Virus record (IMG/VR): IMGVR_UViG_3300032132_000748
DNA length: 64,000 nt
Source of the DNA: a virus
Taxonomy: Duplodnaviria; Caudoviricetes
Strand: one strand, 5' to 3'
In this document: piece after piece, positions 17,390 to 28,086 of the stretch
How positions within the stretch are numbered: position 1 is the stretch's first letter
How the letters are laid out: each line of letters begins with the position of its first letter
Notes under the pieces: generated by a model
Told to the model about the DNA's origin: nothing
What the model saw: only the letters and a program-made list of their open reading frames with translations
Database searches by the model: none
Translations under genes and position numbers: made by a program

Positions 17390-17846
17390 TGATCAAAAAA
17401 AGGCCCTAGAGGCTTTTCTTCTAGTAAGCTGCAATAAGATAAAATGCGATGGTCCTTGGTGTAAAATACAGGATAAGCTTCAAAAGGCATTCAACTTCTC
17501 TGATGATTGGAAATTAACGTTATACCTAGAGAAGCATCATCAAGCACTTAAAGATTTATCTACTGAACTAAGTTCTCTAGTTAACGAGTTGTCCCTAGAA
17601 AGTATTGAAAAAATCGCTCATCTTAAAAAGAAATTAGAAAATGTGTCTTCTTGTCTTTATCAAAATCATTTAAGACCGCCGCCCCTCGAATTGCAGGGCG
17701 ATGATCCCGATTTCAAAGAGCGGCTGAGAGAAGTGATAGGATCTGGTCGAGACTATAGAGTAATTAATAAATCAGGAGCCACCATATCAGGCGGTTGTTT
17801 AGGAAGCGACTTTGATTATGTCCTCTCCTGTTACATTTGTCACTAA
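17382..17846 (+). CDS. hypothetical protein
   Basis: ORF overlapping upstream stop, same operon. Confidence 0.6.
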   Translation: MDDDQKKALEAFLLVSCNKIKCDGPWCKIQDKLQKAFNFSDDWKLTLYLEKHHQALKDLSTELSSLVNELSLESIEKIAHLKKKLENVSSCLYQNHLRPPPLELQGDDPDFKERLREVIGSGRDYRVINKSGATISGGCLGSDFDYVLSCYICH

Positions 17847-17855
17847 GGAATAATT

Positions 17856-18404
17856 ATGTCACGTATGGATTACAGTAAAATAATAGTTTTAGACGTCGAA
17901 TCAACTTGTTGGGAGCCTCGACCCCCGAAAGGACAGATTAGTCAAATTATAGAAATTGGTCTTTGTCTTTTAGACCTGAAAACACAAAAGGTTTCAGATA
18001 AGAGATCCATTCTTATAAAGCCTGACCAATCAGAAGTCAGCCCTTTCTGCACTAAATTAACTACAATCACCCAGGAAATGCTTGATCAAGAGGGTGTTTC
18101 ATACGAGGAAGCCTGTGAAATACTTGCTCGTGATTTTAATGCCAAAAATCGTCCTTGGGCAAGCTGGGGTGATTATGATAAAAAGATGTTTGAGAAGGGT
18201 TCTCGTCAACAAAATGTTCCGTATCCGTTAGGTAGAAGACATTTAAATGCTAAGCTACTATTTGCTCTGAAGCATCGACTTAAAAAGGAAATCGGGATGC
18301 CCCGTGCTCTTGAGATGCTTAATATTCCTTTAGAGGGAACTCATCACAGAGGAGACGATGATGCTTGGAATATTGCCAAGCTCCTAGCCAATTGTTTGGA
18401 CTAA
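17856..18404 (+). CDS. DEDDh 3'-5' exonuclease (ERI-1-like)
   Basis: LDVESTC, SWGDYD, HHRGDDDA. Confidence 0.9.
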   Translation: MSRMDYSKIIVLDVESTCWEPRPPKGQISQIIEIGLCLLDLKTQKVSDKRSILIKPDQSEVSPFCTKLTTITQEMLDQEGVSYEEACEILARDFNAKNRPWASWGDYDKKMFEKGSRQQNVPYPLGRRHLNAKLLFALKHRLKKEIGMPRALEMLNIPLEGTHHRGDDDAWNIAKLLANCLD

Positions 18405-18481
18405 CCCCCGGACTTGTCAGACTCGATCTATATACTATAATTAGCAGGCACAGCAGACAGCGTGTCGATAAGGAGCAGACA

Positions 18482-19780
18482 TTGACAGCAACAGCTAGTA
18501 GAAGCGATATTGTGTGTAAACGCACACTCACCTTAACTGACGTTAAGGGTAATAACAATAAATACTGGGAAGGCATTCTATATGAAAACGATGACGTTCT
18601 ATGTCGTTGGGGTCGTGTAGGGGCGGCTAGGGGCCAAGAAAAGCTCTTTGAAGGTAAGGGTCTTAAGTATTTGGAAACGAAAATTCGTTCCAAAATTAAA
18701 AAAGGCTATGAAGAGATGGACGCCGCCGATAGTCCTGGCGATGTTGAAGTCAAATCTATTAAAGGTTCTGGTCTTAAGGCTGTAGCCAAAAAACAAATTC
18801 GTAGTAGTGGCTGTAAAACCACTGACCACCTTATCGACTACTTAGTGCAGGTTAACCGGCACGACATTCAGACGGCCTCTGGTGGCCGTATTAGTGTTGA
18901 TGACGAAGGTTTGGTGAAGACTGACGTTGGTCGTGCGGTTAGTCAACCCACTATTGCTAAGGCACGAGATCACCTAGTTATTCTCTCTAAATGTTTAGCT
19001 AAAGCCGATTGGGAATCCGACGCTTTCTGCGACAATCTTAATGCTTATATGAAGAAGATCCCACAAAAGGTGGGAGCACGAAGGGGCTGGGAGAAAACCT
19101 TCTTTGCGGACCAGGCCGCTATTCAGCGACAAGGCTCTTTACTCGATTCAATGGAATCTGCGTTAAAGGCTTTTCAGGCGACCCCTATCGTAACTGCGGA
19201 CGGTAAGGAAGAGCAGGTATTTAACGTTGAGTTAAATCTTATCTCTAATGGTAAAGAAATTGATCGAATCAATAAGCTCTACCGCCGTACCCAGAAAAGA
19301 ATGCATGCGTGCGCTCACCTCAAAGTTAAAAACGTATATAGCGTTCATATTGAACATATGTCACAAGCTTTTGATCGAGATGGAGCTAAGAAAAACCCTG
19401 TTTGGGAGTTGTGGCACGGAACTCGTGCCGCGAACCTACTTTCCATCCTCAAAGGTGGCTTAGTTATCCCACCATCAAATGCTGCGCATGTTTGCGGCAG
19501 AATGTTTGGAAACGGGGCATACTTCAGCGATCAAAGCACTAAGAGTTTGAATTATGCTTATGGTTACTGGAATGGTGCCTCTAAAGATAATAATTGCTTT
19601 ATGTTCCTAGCGAACGTAGGTATGGGTAATTTTTACACACCTCGCGGCCCGCAGTCCTTCCCTAAAGGCTACGACTCTGTATATGCAGAGGGTGGTAAAT
19701 CCGGTGTACAAAACAACGAAATGATTGTCCCTCGTGTCAGTCAATGTAATCTCACACGTCTTATTGAATTTTCAGCATAG
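18482..19780 (+). CDS. WGR domain + PARP-family ADP-ribosyltransferase
   Basis: NNNKYW...WGRVG...KKGY WGR domain; [23 protein letters not shown] catalytic motifs; TTG start after AAGGAG. Confidence 0.9.
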   Translation: MTATASRSDIVCKRTLTLTDVKGNNNKYWEGILYENDDVLCRWGRVGAARGQEKLFEGKGLKYLETKIRSKIKKGYEEMDAADSPGDVEVKSIKGSGLKAVAKKQIRSSGCKTTDHLIDYLVQVNRHDIQTASGGRISVDDEGLVKTDVGRAVSQPTIAKARDHLVILSKCLAKADWESDAFCDNLNAYMKKIPQKVGARRGWEKTFFADQAAIQRQGSLLDSMESALKAFQATPIVTADGKEEQVFNVELNLISNGKEIDRINKLYRRTQKRMHACAHLKVKNVYSVHIEHMSQAFDRDGAKKNPVWELWHGTRAANLLSILKGGLVIPPSNAAHVCGRMFGNGAYFSDQSTKSLNYAYGYWNGASKDNNCFMFLANVGMGNFYTPRGPQSFPKGYDSVYAEGGKSGVQNNEMIVPRVSQCNLTRLIEFSA

Positions 19781-19788
19781 GAAAGAAA

Positions 19789-20448
19789 ATGAAAGCATTT
19801 GAAGACTTCTTCGGCAGCAGGCCGCAAGTTCCTCAGGGATTAATTCCCATTGTTATTGAAAAGTCCGGCAATGGCGAGCGAGCCTGGGATATTTTCAGCC
19901 GACTTCTCAAAGAGCGAATTGTTTACGTTAGTGGACCTATTAATGGGTATTCTGCTGACATCGTTATTGCTCAATTGCTTTTCCTCAACTCAGAACAAAG
20001 CAATAAAGACATTTCAATGTACATCAACAGCCCCGGCGGCCACGTAACGGCTGGTTTGGGTATGTATGACACCATGCAATTTATTGAAGCAGACGTTGCT
20101 ACCTACTGCATCGGTCAATGTGCTAGCATGGGTGCCGTTCTTCTTAGTGGTGGGGCCAAGGATAAGCGTTTCTCGCTGCCTAACTCTCGCATTATGATTC
20201 ACCAGCCTTCTGGCGGAACATATGGTACTGCGAGCGATATGGAACTCTCTATTAAAGAGATCAATCGTCTTAAGAAGATTCTTTATGAAATTATGGCAAA
20301 GCACTGCCCTAATAGAACGGCTGAAGAGCTGGATGCAGCCTGTGACCGAGATAACTTTATGTCTCCGGTAGAAGCTAAAGAATTCGGTTTGATCGATCAC
20401 GTTATCGAAACCATTAAGTCCGGTGGCGATAAAACAGCCGACAAGTAA
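19789..20448 (+). CDS. clpP: Clp protease proteolytic subunit
   Basis: [33 protein letters not shown]. Confidence 0.97.
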   Translation: MKAFEDFFGSRPQVPQGLIPIVIEKSGNGERAWDIFSRLLKERIVYVSGPINGYSADIVIAQLLFLNSEQSNKDISMYINSPGGHVTAGLGMYDTMQFIEADVATYCIGQCASMGAVLLSGGAKDKRFSLPNSRIMIHQPSGGTYGTASDMELSIKEINRLKKILYEIMAKHCPNRTAEELDAACDRDNFMSPVEAKEFGLIDHVIETIKSGGDKTADK

Positions 20449-20512
20449 TCGGCCCACCCCGAACCTTTTTGATGTCAGACCCTCCAGGTATACTGGAGGG
20501 GAAGGAGGAGAT

Positions 20513-21058
20513 ATGTCTCTCACAAATGAACACGCAGCACTCTTAATCCGTGCGTTTAAGGGGATTTCTTCAAATCCTGATCAATGCTTCAGCGCCTTTG
20601 ACGTAACTAAGGCAACTCGAAGCTTGACTGATGACAATGTCAAACATCATCAGGTTAGAGAGTTTGTTCACGCTCTCTTTGATCAGGGATTGTTAGATCC
20701 CTACGACCGAATTGATCACACTTTTTGGGATACAAATACTAATCAGAATCTTACTGTTAAGTTGTTTGTTCCTCCTGGTGGGGATCCGTATGCCTACGAT
20801 CCTGATCAGGTAAAGATGGTTAAAACCCTATCTGACGATGATGACGACTCAGATGAGCCAGAAGTGCTTTTGGAAGATGGGGATGGTAATCCGCTTCTTA
20901 CAAGTGTTCCGGCCTCTACGGTCTCAAAAGACGACGTGCAGGTAGTATCTGTTGTAGATGGTCTTGATGATGAAGTCATTAAGATTCACACAAAAGATTC
21001 TATTGTTGATAAGATTCTCAATAAGGTTAAAACTAAACTACCTAAGTGGTGGAACTAG
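20513..21058 (+). CDS. hypothetical protein
   Basis: GGAGGAG RBS; hairpin ~21080-21112 downstream. Confidence 0.7.
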   Translation: MSLTNEHAALLIRAFKGISSNPDQCFSAFDVTKATRSLTDDNVKHHQVREFVHALFDQGLLDPYDRIDHTFWDTNTNQNLTVKLFVPPGGDPYAYDPDQVKMVKTLSDDDDDSDEPEVLLEDGDGNPLLTSVPASTVSKDDVQVVSVVDGLDDEVIKIHTKDSIVDKILNKVKTKLPKWWN

Positions 21059-21127
21059 TTTCTTTTCTTTGTGAATCGCAGACCCAGCCCGGTAATGCCG
21101 GGCTGGGTATCTGCAGTGGAGCTTAAT

Positions 21128-22096
21128 ATGTCTGGTGAAGTTGTTTTAGTTATAGGATTTCCTGCTTCAGGGAAAACGACAGAAGTTGAAAAATTCAAAG
21201 ATACTCATGTTCGCCTAAATAGGGATGAGCTGGGCGGAACTTTGAAGGGCTTGGCTGTTCGCCTTAAAGAGCAGGCCGCTAAAGGTGCGACACATTTTGT
21301 GTTAGATAATACCTTTGGAACAGTTAAGTCTCGTGAGCCCGTTATTAGTGCGGCTAAGAAGCTTGGTTTTTCCGTAAAGGGGCTTGTTCTGTGGGGAGGA
21401 AAGAAATTTACCAAAGTAGCCCTACAGAAAAGCATAGAAGAGGCTCAATTTAACGCTGCCACCCGAATGGTGAGGAAACATGGCAGGCTTCTATCTCTTT
21501 CTGAAATTAAAGACAAGAAAGACCCTAACTGCTTTCCCGCAGTAGTCTTGTTTGCCTACAAAAAATCTTTTGAAGAGCCCACCTTCGATGAAGGTTTTGA
21601 CGATATAAAGATTGTTCCTTTTGTTCGTAAAAATCCTGATGGATATAACGGAAAAGCGCTAATTCTCGATTACGATGGCACTCTTCGTGACACTAAAAGC
21701 GGAGCTAAATATCCCACAGATCCCGATGACATCGTAGCTCTTCCAGGCAGAACCAAAAAGCTACTGGCTTTTCAAAAGAAAGGCTATAAGTTGTTGGGGG
21801 TGAGTAATCAATCAGGAGTAGAAAAGGGGGCGTTGTCTTACGAAACAGCAGTTGCTTGTTTTGAACGTACAAATGAACTGCTTGGTGTGGATATAGAATT
21901 TAAGTTCTGTCCTCACAACTCATTTCCTATTGCCTGTTTCTGCCGAAAACCACAAACAGGTCTCGGTGTTGAGCATATTGAAAAACACAAACTTGATCCT
22001 TCGAAGTGCTTTTATATCGGGGATATGACGAGCGACAAGACTTTCGCTAAGCGAGCCGGATTTACCTATGCGGATGCTGAAGATTTCTTTGCATGA
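21128..22096 (+). CDS. polynucleotide kinase/3'-phosphatase-like (P-loop kinase + HAD-IIIA phosphatase)
   Basis: GFPASGKTT, LNRD, LDNT; DYDGTL, SNQSG, CRKP, IGD...D. Confidence 0.85.
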   Translation: MSGEVVLVIGFPASGKTTEVEKFKDTHVRLNRDELGGTLKGLAVRLKEQAAKGATHFVLDNTFGTVKSREPVISAAKKLGFSVKGLVLWGGKKFTKVALQKSIEEAQFNAATRMVRKHGRLLSLSEIKDKKDPNCFPAVVLFAYKKSFEEPTFDEGFDDIKIVPFVRKNPDGYNGKALILDYDGTLRDTKSGAKYPTDPDDIVALPGRTKKLLAFQKKGYKLLGVSNQSGVEKGALSYETAVACFERTNELLGVDIEFKFCPHNSFPIACFCRKPQTGLGVEHIEKHKLDPSKCFYIGDMTSDKTFAKRAGFTYADAEDFFA

Positions 22097-22290
22097 TTTC
22101 AAATTCAAAGGAAATACGTAAAGAAGCCTGGGCTGAGTATGAGAATCGTGCTCACTGGACAGAAGAGCAACAAAAGTGCTTTATGGCCGGTATGGCAGTG
22201 ATGTGGAGACTTTGCTCGCCCGCTCCTGGCCCACTATTTACTTATGGGCCTGACAGTAAGCCTAAAGAGCTTGGATCAGGGGAGCCATAA
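22093..22290 (+). CDS. hypothetical protein
   Basis: ATGA overlap with upstream gene. Confidence 0.45.
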   Translation: MISNSKEIRKEAWAEYENRAHWTEEQQKCFMAGMAVMWRLCSPAPGPLFTYGPDSKPKELGSGEP

Positions 22291-22856
22291 AGCAGGGCTC
22301 CGTTTCTTATTTCCAAAATCACTTTTCCGAACTTCTTAGCGGCTCCGAACGAAATGCTCTTGCGAAAGCGAGGGCTTTTTGTCGTTTTTGGCCCACCATA
22401 CATCTCTTCTAGCTCGGGTATCCAGCTATTAAAGATATGTGCTAATTTTTTACCAGATATCAACCTTACGTCTAGATTTCGGTAACCCTCATAGTAAGAG
22501 ACGTAAACATGGTTAATATTTACCTCTTTTTTGAGCTTTTTCTTCCAAGATTTTCGATAATATAGGTATTCAAAACTGTTACCAGCTTGTGCGGACTTAA
22601 CCTCGTGATTTTTAAGGTCCGAAGCACCGCTATTCTTCGCGGTATCACCGACTAAGATTCCAGAGAAAAGCTCCCATTTCCAGGCAGGGATTCTATTTTT
22701 GAAGTGGTAAGTCTCCAGCAGAGGACTCAGGTCTTGATCGGCCCTTAATATATGATTTTGGTAAAATTCCAAAGCTTTTGACACATTTGGGGATATTTTT
22801 TCACCATTAATTAAATAGTTTTTGTAGATATGACTATTAAGGCTTTTACTTACCAC
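22242..22856 (-). CDS. putative PD-(D/E)xK restriction-endonuclease-like protein
   Basis: WE...GASDL..HEVKS pattern. Confidence 0.5.
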   Translation of the reverse strand: MVSKSLNSHIYKNYLINGEKISPNVSKALEFYQNHILRADQDLSPLLETYHFKNRIPAWKWELFSGILVGDTAKNSGASDLKNHEVKSAQAGNSFEYLYYRKSWKKKLKKEVNINHVYVSYYEGYRNLDVRLISGKKLAHIFNSWIPELEEMYGGPKTTKSPRFRKSISFGAAKKFGKVILEIRNGALLYGSPDPSSLGLLSGP

Positions 22857-22898
22857 ATAAGTAGTTTAACAGGGTCGTAACCTAAAAGAAGGGATGGT

Positions 22899-23702
22899 CT
22901 ATTTATATTTGAATTGGGCGCAGTAAAATGGGTATCTATCTACTATAGTTTTTGCTAGGTCTGGGGACACATACTTCTTCCACTCTTCAGGATTACCAGG
23001 CTTAACTTCACCAGAGCCCTTATGTGGGAACTTGAAATTATAAAAAGCATCTGGATCTATAGCTGTATTTTTAACGTCTGAAAAATCATGAATGAAAAGG
23101 GGTTCTTCCAAATATTGGTAAATTTCTTTCATAACCTCAAGAGGAAACCTAACCAACTGTTCGTATTTAATAAAAAACACCCCATACTTTCTTCTAAGAA
23201 GATCCTCAACTCCTGCGATTGGTGTTCCGATTAGCCCGTTCGGGGAAAACATCTTGTCTGCTCTTTTTAGGATTGTCTTATCTAATACATTTTTCGAATC
23301 ATCAAAAAGCGGTGTTTTTTGATGCTGCTTCTCTACTGAGGAAAAAACATTTCGGGGGTCTCTTACAGTTACTAGCACCTTGGCTTTAGGGTAGATAGCT
23401 CGGAGATGCATAACACTGTGCGCCCAGCCTCTAGACTTATCAAAAATAACTTCTCTACCATCGGTTCTCTTATGCCAAGCGTTGCAGAAGGATCTTAAAG
23501 AACGAAGAATTCTATCTTCCGTTCCTTCTCTATCAGTAGCTAATAAGTTTTTTGCTTCTAGCGATGTGCTCCATTGGCTGACCAAATTATTAACCATTTG
23601 GGGGAGAATACTAGTGCTAGTTGCCCAAAACTTAGGATTTTGATTTAAAATATTACACAATAGTGTGCTACCGCTTCTGGGTAGACCGGTTATTACATGC
23701 AT
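22899..23702 (-). CDS. sulfotransferase
   Basis: TGLPRSGSTLL, DKSR, VRDPR...S, YEQL. Confidence 0.88.
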   Translation of the reverse strand: MHVITGLPRSGSTLLCNILNQNPKFWATSTSILPQMVNNLVSQWSTSLEAKNLLATDREGTEDRILRSLRSFCNAWHKRTDGREVIFDKSRGWAHSVMHLRAIYPKAKVLVTVRDPRNVFSSVEKQHQKTPLFDDSKNVLDKTILKRADKMFSPNGLIGTPIAGVEDLLRRKYGVFFIKYEQLVRFPLEVMKEIYQYLEEPLFIHDFSDVKNTAIDPDAFYNFKFPHKGSGEVKPGNPEEWKKYVSPDLAKTIVDRYPFYCAQFKYK

Positions 23703-23811
23703 ACCAAATGATAAGAAAAATCTACTGCATGGCAAGGCTTGAACGTTTGTACATAGAACTAGACAAGCCAAATCTAATCAGCTTGCCTAGGACTCGGGAG
23801 CTTACTTAGGT

Positions 23812-24093
23812 CTAGAGCAGAGGATTGGTAACGTCTGCGGATCCAGTGGCCTTGTGAGCAGCAACGATGGCTGCAAGCTTATCTAGAATAGCAGAGGCTT
23901 CCGCCTGGGTAGCTGAAAGCTCTGTATTAACAGCGGCTTTGCCTCCAGGTGCTTCGGCAACAAGGGCAGTAGCTCTTCCGACTAGTTGTCGGGCCATGCG
24001 AACGGCTCTCTTAAGAGATTTTTGTAGTTTTGCGGCGCAAATAGCGTCTGAGGCAGATGCTACCGTAGTGGGGTTCATATCAGAAATAGGCAT
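23812..24093 (-). CDS. small Ala-rich hypothetical protein
   Basis: AAGGAG RBS, downstream of the repeat protein gene. Confidence 0.65.
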   Translation of the reverse strand: MPISDMNPTTVASASDAICAAKLQKSLKRAVRMARQLVGRATALVAEAPGGKAAVNTELSATQAEASAILDKLAAIVAAHKATGSADVTNPLL

Positions 24094-24147
24094 TAAAAGC
24101 TCTCCTTATTTGGCATTATACCAAGTTCATTTAATTATTAAAAGTAT

Positions 24148-27100
24148 TTATCCAGCAACTTCCACGAATTCTAGATCACAGCACCATTGAACAGAATCAG
24201 TGGCATCTCCAGTAATACTAATATTAATAAACGTTGTTGAAACGGCTATAGCTACTGCCCACGCCGCTGCTCCGCCACCAGAGTCTACCTGGGTAAATGT
24301 TGGGGTGCCAACTAATACCGCAGTTCCAGCATCGTTATAGGCCGCTGCTTGGGATAGAACAAAACTAGCTGTTTCTGCGGCAGTAGTTGTATTTCTCGCA
24401 ACAACATTACATTTAATGCTATAGCTAACATCTGTAACTGTCTCAATACGGGCTATATTTTCCGGTGTTGCGTTGGCAGTATTTTCATATTTAATTACAT
24501 GACTGCTTTGTGCTGCTCCGAGTGTAGCTCTATCAGAACTCCAAACTTTTTGGTCAGTCTGACGAGCGCGCCCAAAAGCCCCTTGGACAAAGCAACGATT
24601 CGCGTCGATTTGGTTACTAGTTCCTTGTGCAAAGCCATCACGGGCGTCAACTGTATTGCTATCTCCCTGTGCGAAGTTTTGTTCTCCATTACTTACGTTG
24701 TCGCTTCCTTGCAACATTACGTCATAGTAGCCACCGCTGGCTCCGTAGTGATAGTTGCTATCACCCTGTATAAGACAGGCATAGCCATAGTAAGAATAAT
24801 TAGTTTCTCCTTGCATTAAGGTGTTGCCACCATAGGAGTAGTTGTCATACCCATGAACAAAATGGTTATCTTGACCGGCGTAGTTGTCATATCCTGATAC
24901 AAAGCATTGCGGGGAAAACGCACTAACTTCGTTACTATACCCTTGAGCAAAAGAGTTGGGGGACGATGAGCCTACAGTATTATCCTCTCCTTGGGCAAAG
25001 GAATTATTTGAATTGATTGTGTTGCTGCGACCTTGAGCAAATCCTTGATATGCCGTAGCAACGGTGTTTTCATAACCTTGTAAGAAACTATAGTTAGCAC
25101 CTGTGCCGCTGTTACCCTCTGCTGAGTTTCCATTTCCTTGAAGAAGGCAGCTATAGCCATAATAGCTATAGTTATCTTGGCCTTGCATAAAGATGTTATC
25201 TCCATCATAGGCATTATGGCCGTTTCCTTGAAGGAGTGAATTCGCGCAGGAGGAGTAGTTATCGTAACCTTGCAGTAAGCTTTCGTCAGCACTAGCAGTA
25301 GCCTCGCTATTTTGTCCTTGAACAAAGACATTATCTGCATAAACGTCATTTGCTTCACCACCTACCATGGAATAATCACCTGTTACGGTATGATTGTATC
25401 CCTGAACAAACGATCTATGGCATGACAACGTTAATTCCCGGCCTTGTGCGAAAACTTCGCTTTTACTAGCGCCGGTCAGCGTGACTTGGTAACCTTGAGC
25501 AAAGACAGCATCCACACCTGAGGCATTAGCTGTGTTGATATAAATGCCATAACCTTGTCCAAAAAAGTAATCACCCGTTCCGATATCGATTTCTTGACCT
25601 TGAGCAAAAACATAATCGCCGTCAGTTGTTATATATTGACCTTGTGCCAGGGTGTAGTCTCCGTAAACATAAACTTCATCACCTTGAGCAAAGGAGTAAT
25701 CACCAGTAACAGTAATATCGTCTCCTTGAGCAAATACCTTTTCTCCAGAGACGGAAATGTCTTCACCCTGGGCAAAAACTTCGTCAACTGAACCAGATAT
25801 AACAATATCCGTTCCGTGAGTGAAAATATTATATACTCCACCGGCACTAGCAAGGTTGACATCAATATTATCACCCATAGCAACAACTCGCTGAGCGTCT
25901 CTTACCGTATTAGTATCTCCGTGAACAAAAATATCTTGGGTTAAGTAATTAGCTCCTGTTACGATATGAGTTTCTCCTACAGCGAATACCTCATTAAGAT
26001 ATCCAGACAAAGTAATTGATTGCCCTTGAGCAAAGTTATTTTCACTTCCGGAAGTGATTCCACTCATATCAATATATTCACCTTGAGCAAAAGAATAAGG
26101 TGAATAAGCACTGATGCTGTTGTTGTAACCTTGAACAAAACAAGATTCGGAATCTACGGTATTTCCGTCACCCTGAGCGAAGCAATGTTGAGATCCATTA
26201 AGGATATTTCCATTACCTTGCGCCATGCTTTGAACACCGTAGACATAGTTTTCCTCACCCTGAGCGAAGCTTTCATTACCATCTACGTAGTTATCAATAC
26301 CTTGTGCGAATCCTTGAAAAGCATATACACGGTTATCGTGTCCCTGAGCAAAAGACTCTTCTCCAGTAATTACGTTATTATATCCCTGGGCAAGAGAGTT
26401 TTCCCCATTAATGGTGTTATCTGTTCCCTGAGCGAGGGAGGAGTCGGCATCATAGGCAATTGTATTGTTTGTTCCTTGGGCGAAAGTATCTCCGTCTGAC
26501 TCAATAGTATTTCCGTATCCTTGAGCAAAAGAAGCATCGCTATACCCGGATAGATTATTCATAGTTCCCTGAGCAAAACTATTAGCTGCAACTACACTAT
26601 TCGAGGATCCTTGAGCCATTGATTGGCTTCCTGCAACAGTATTGCTGTCACCCTGAGCGAAACTATTGGGGCCGGTGTCAACGGGCATCACGGAAACCAT
26701 AGTGGCGCTGCCGGTAGCTGTTGTTATAGGTTCTGTTCCTAGGAAAGAACCTGTGAGAGGTCTGACAGTGGTGTTAAACGTTGTTCCAGTTCCTGTTACC
26801 GATAAAATTGTTCCTGTTGCAGTGCTTGTAGTTCCGGTAAGGAGTTGGCCGACAGTAAACGTGCCAGTAATAGCTCCGTGAAGCAATAGCTGAGATCCAG
26901 ATAAAGTGTTTGCGGAACCTTGAGCGAAACTGCTGGTAGTAGGCACTACGTTAGTGGCTCCGACAGCTAAAGTATTATCTGCGGACGCGTCAGAAGCGCT
27001 TCCTTGGGCCAAAGCATTTGCTCCTGCGGCTGTTGGAGCTACCGCCCCTTTACCTATAGCAGCATCCGTTCCTGCGCCGTCAGTAAAGAAACCTCCAGCA

Positions 27101-27795
27101 CCACCGCCGCCGCTTCCGCCTAGAGATTGAACTAGACTGATAGAGCCTTCAGTCGCTACAATCATCACCTTACCGACTAATTTTTCTTCCGATCCGGCTG
27201 TTGGGGAAATATCTCCAGGGGTATCTGATAGATAAACTAGATCTCCTACGGCAGAGAAACCTGAGGTATCAAGTCCGTTAAAGCTACCTGATATAAGAAT
27301 AGATCCGCACTCGGCATTGGCAGTGTCAGAAACCAGAATACCTAAAACGGAACAAGTTGTTGAAGTCGAAGCGTCTGATTCGTCGAAAGTAGGTAGTTGA
27401 TCTGTTCCGTCGAAGCCTACCTGCCTAACAAGACTTCCTTTTTCGATAACCCCACCACTTACATTCTTAGCTTTTACAAAGCATTTATCGTCGATGTAAG
27501 CTGTCGAGAGTTCGAAACTGTTATTTAAATGTTCGTCAGAGCAAAAATAAATTGCGATGCCCAGGTTTGAGTTAAATGCTGGGTTAGTGGACTCAGCGGG
27601 CCTCACTTGCATATAAGATTTAATGACGCTGGTTCCTGCGGCCCCGGTATCTAGGATTTCACTAGGATTTGCTCCTATGTATCCAAGGGAGGATAACGTT
27701 TGCTTATTACAACCACAACTAATGGATGGAAGAATTGTTTCTACATAAGCTCTGTTGATAACAACAAACTCACCTATACTAAAGTTAATGGCCAT
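24148..27795 (-). CDS. large beta-repeat fibre/adhesin-like protein
   Basis: 1215 aa with dozens of ~14-aa (S/V)FAQGxxN repeats resembling trimeric autotransporter head repeats. Confidence 0.8.
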   Translation of the reverse strand: MAINFSIGEFVVINRAYVETILPSISCGCNKQTLSSLGYIGANPSEILDTGAAGTSVIKSYMQVRPAESTNPAFNSNLGIAIYFCSDEHLNNSFELSTAYIDDKCFVKAKNVSGGVIEKGSLVRQVGFDGTDQLPTFDESDASTSTTCSVLGILVSDTANAECGSILISGSFNGLDTSGFSAVGDLVYLSDTPGDISPTAGSEEKLVGKVMIVATEGSISLVQSLGGSGGGGAGGFFTDGAGTDAAIGKGAVAPTAAGANALAQGSASDASADNTLAVGATNVVPTTSSFAQGSANTLSGSQLLLHGAITGTFTVGQLLTGTTSTATGTILSVTGTGTTFNTTVRPLTGSFLGTEPITTATGSATMVSVMPVDTGPNSFAQGDSNTVAGSQSMAQGSSNSVVAANSFAQGTMNNLSGYSDASFAQGYGNTIESDGDTFAQGTNNTIAYDADSSLAQGTDNTINGENSLAQGYNNVITGEESFAQGHDNRVYAFQGFAQGIDNYVDGNESFAQGEENYVYGVQSMAQGNGNILNGSQHCFAQGDGNTVDSESCFVQGYNNSISAYSPYSFAQGEYIDMSGITSGSENNFAQGQSITLSGYLNEVFAVGETHIVTGANYLTQDIFVHGDTNTVRDAQRVVAMGDNIDVNLASAGGVYNIFTHGTDIVISGSVDEVFAQGEDISVSGEKVFAQGDDITVTGDYSFAQGDEVYVYGDYTLAQGQYITTDGDYVFAQGQEIDIGTGDYFFGQGYGIYINTANASGVDAVFAQGYQVTLTGASKSEVFAQGRELTLSCHRSFVQGYNHTVTGDYSMVGGEANDVYADNVFVQGQNSEATASADESLLQGYDNYSSCANSLLQGNGHNAYDGDNIFMQGQDNYSYYGYSCLLQGNGNSAEGNSGTGANYSFLQGYENTVATAYQGFAQGRSNTINSNNSFAQGEDNTVGSSSPNSFAQGYSNEVSAFSPQCFVSGYDNYAGQDNHFVHGYDNYSYGGNTLMQGETNYSYYGYACLIQGDSNYHYGASGGYYDVMLQGSDNVSNGEQNFAQGDSNTVDARDGFAQGTSNQIDANRCFVQGAFGRARQTDQKVWSSDRATLGAAQSSHVIKYENTANATPENIARIETVTDVSYSIKCNVVARNTTTAAETASFVLSQAAAYNDAGTAVLVGTPTFTQVDSGGGAAAWAVAIAVSTTFINISITGDATDSVQWCCDLEFVEVAG

Positions 27796-27862
27796 ACTTA
27801 TACCTGCGTTTAGTATAGCAAAATAATGATTACTAGATCTAGTTGATTTGTCTGTCTAATGA

Positions 27863-28066
27863 TTATCTTAGATATTTAGCTGAGTAGTAAATTATTGCGC
27901 CTAACATAACACCCCAATCTAAACCCACCAATGGATTAGCTGGATTAGCGCCTAAAACAGCTTCTCGTAAGCGGTAACCTATAGTTGCTCCTGCAGCAAG
28001 GTATAGCACATATTCGAAAGTTACGGCTTCTTTTGCGGGAAAAGAGTTTCTGATTACAGATAGCAT
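27863..28066 (-). CDS. small membrane protein
   Basis: Two hydrophobic segments; -10 box 6 nt before ATG. Confidence 0.55.
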   Translation of the reverse strand: MLSVIRNSFPAKEAVTFEYVLYLAAGATIGYRLREAVLGANPANPLVGLDWGVMLGAIIYYSAKYLR

Positions 28067-28086
28067 ATCGTTATTGTATCAAAATA

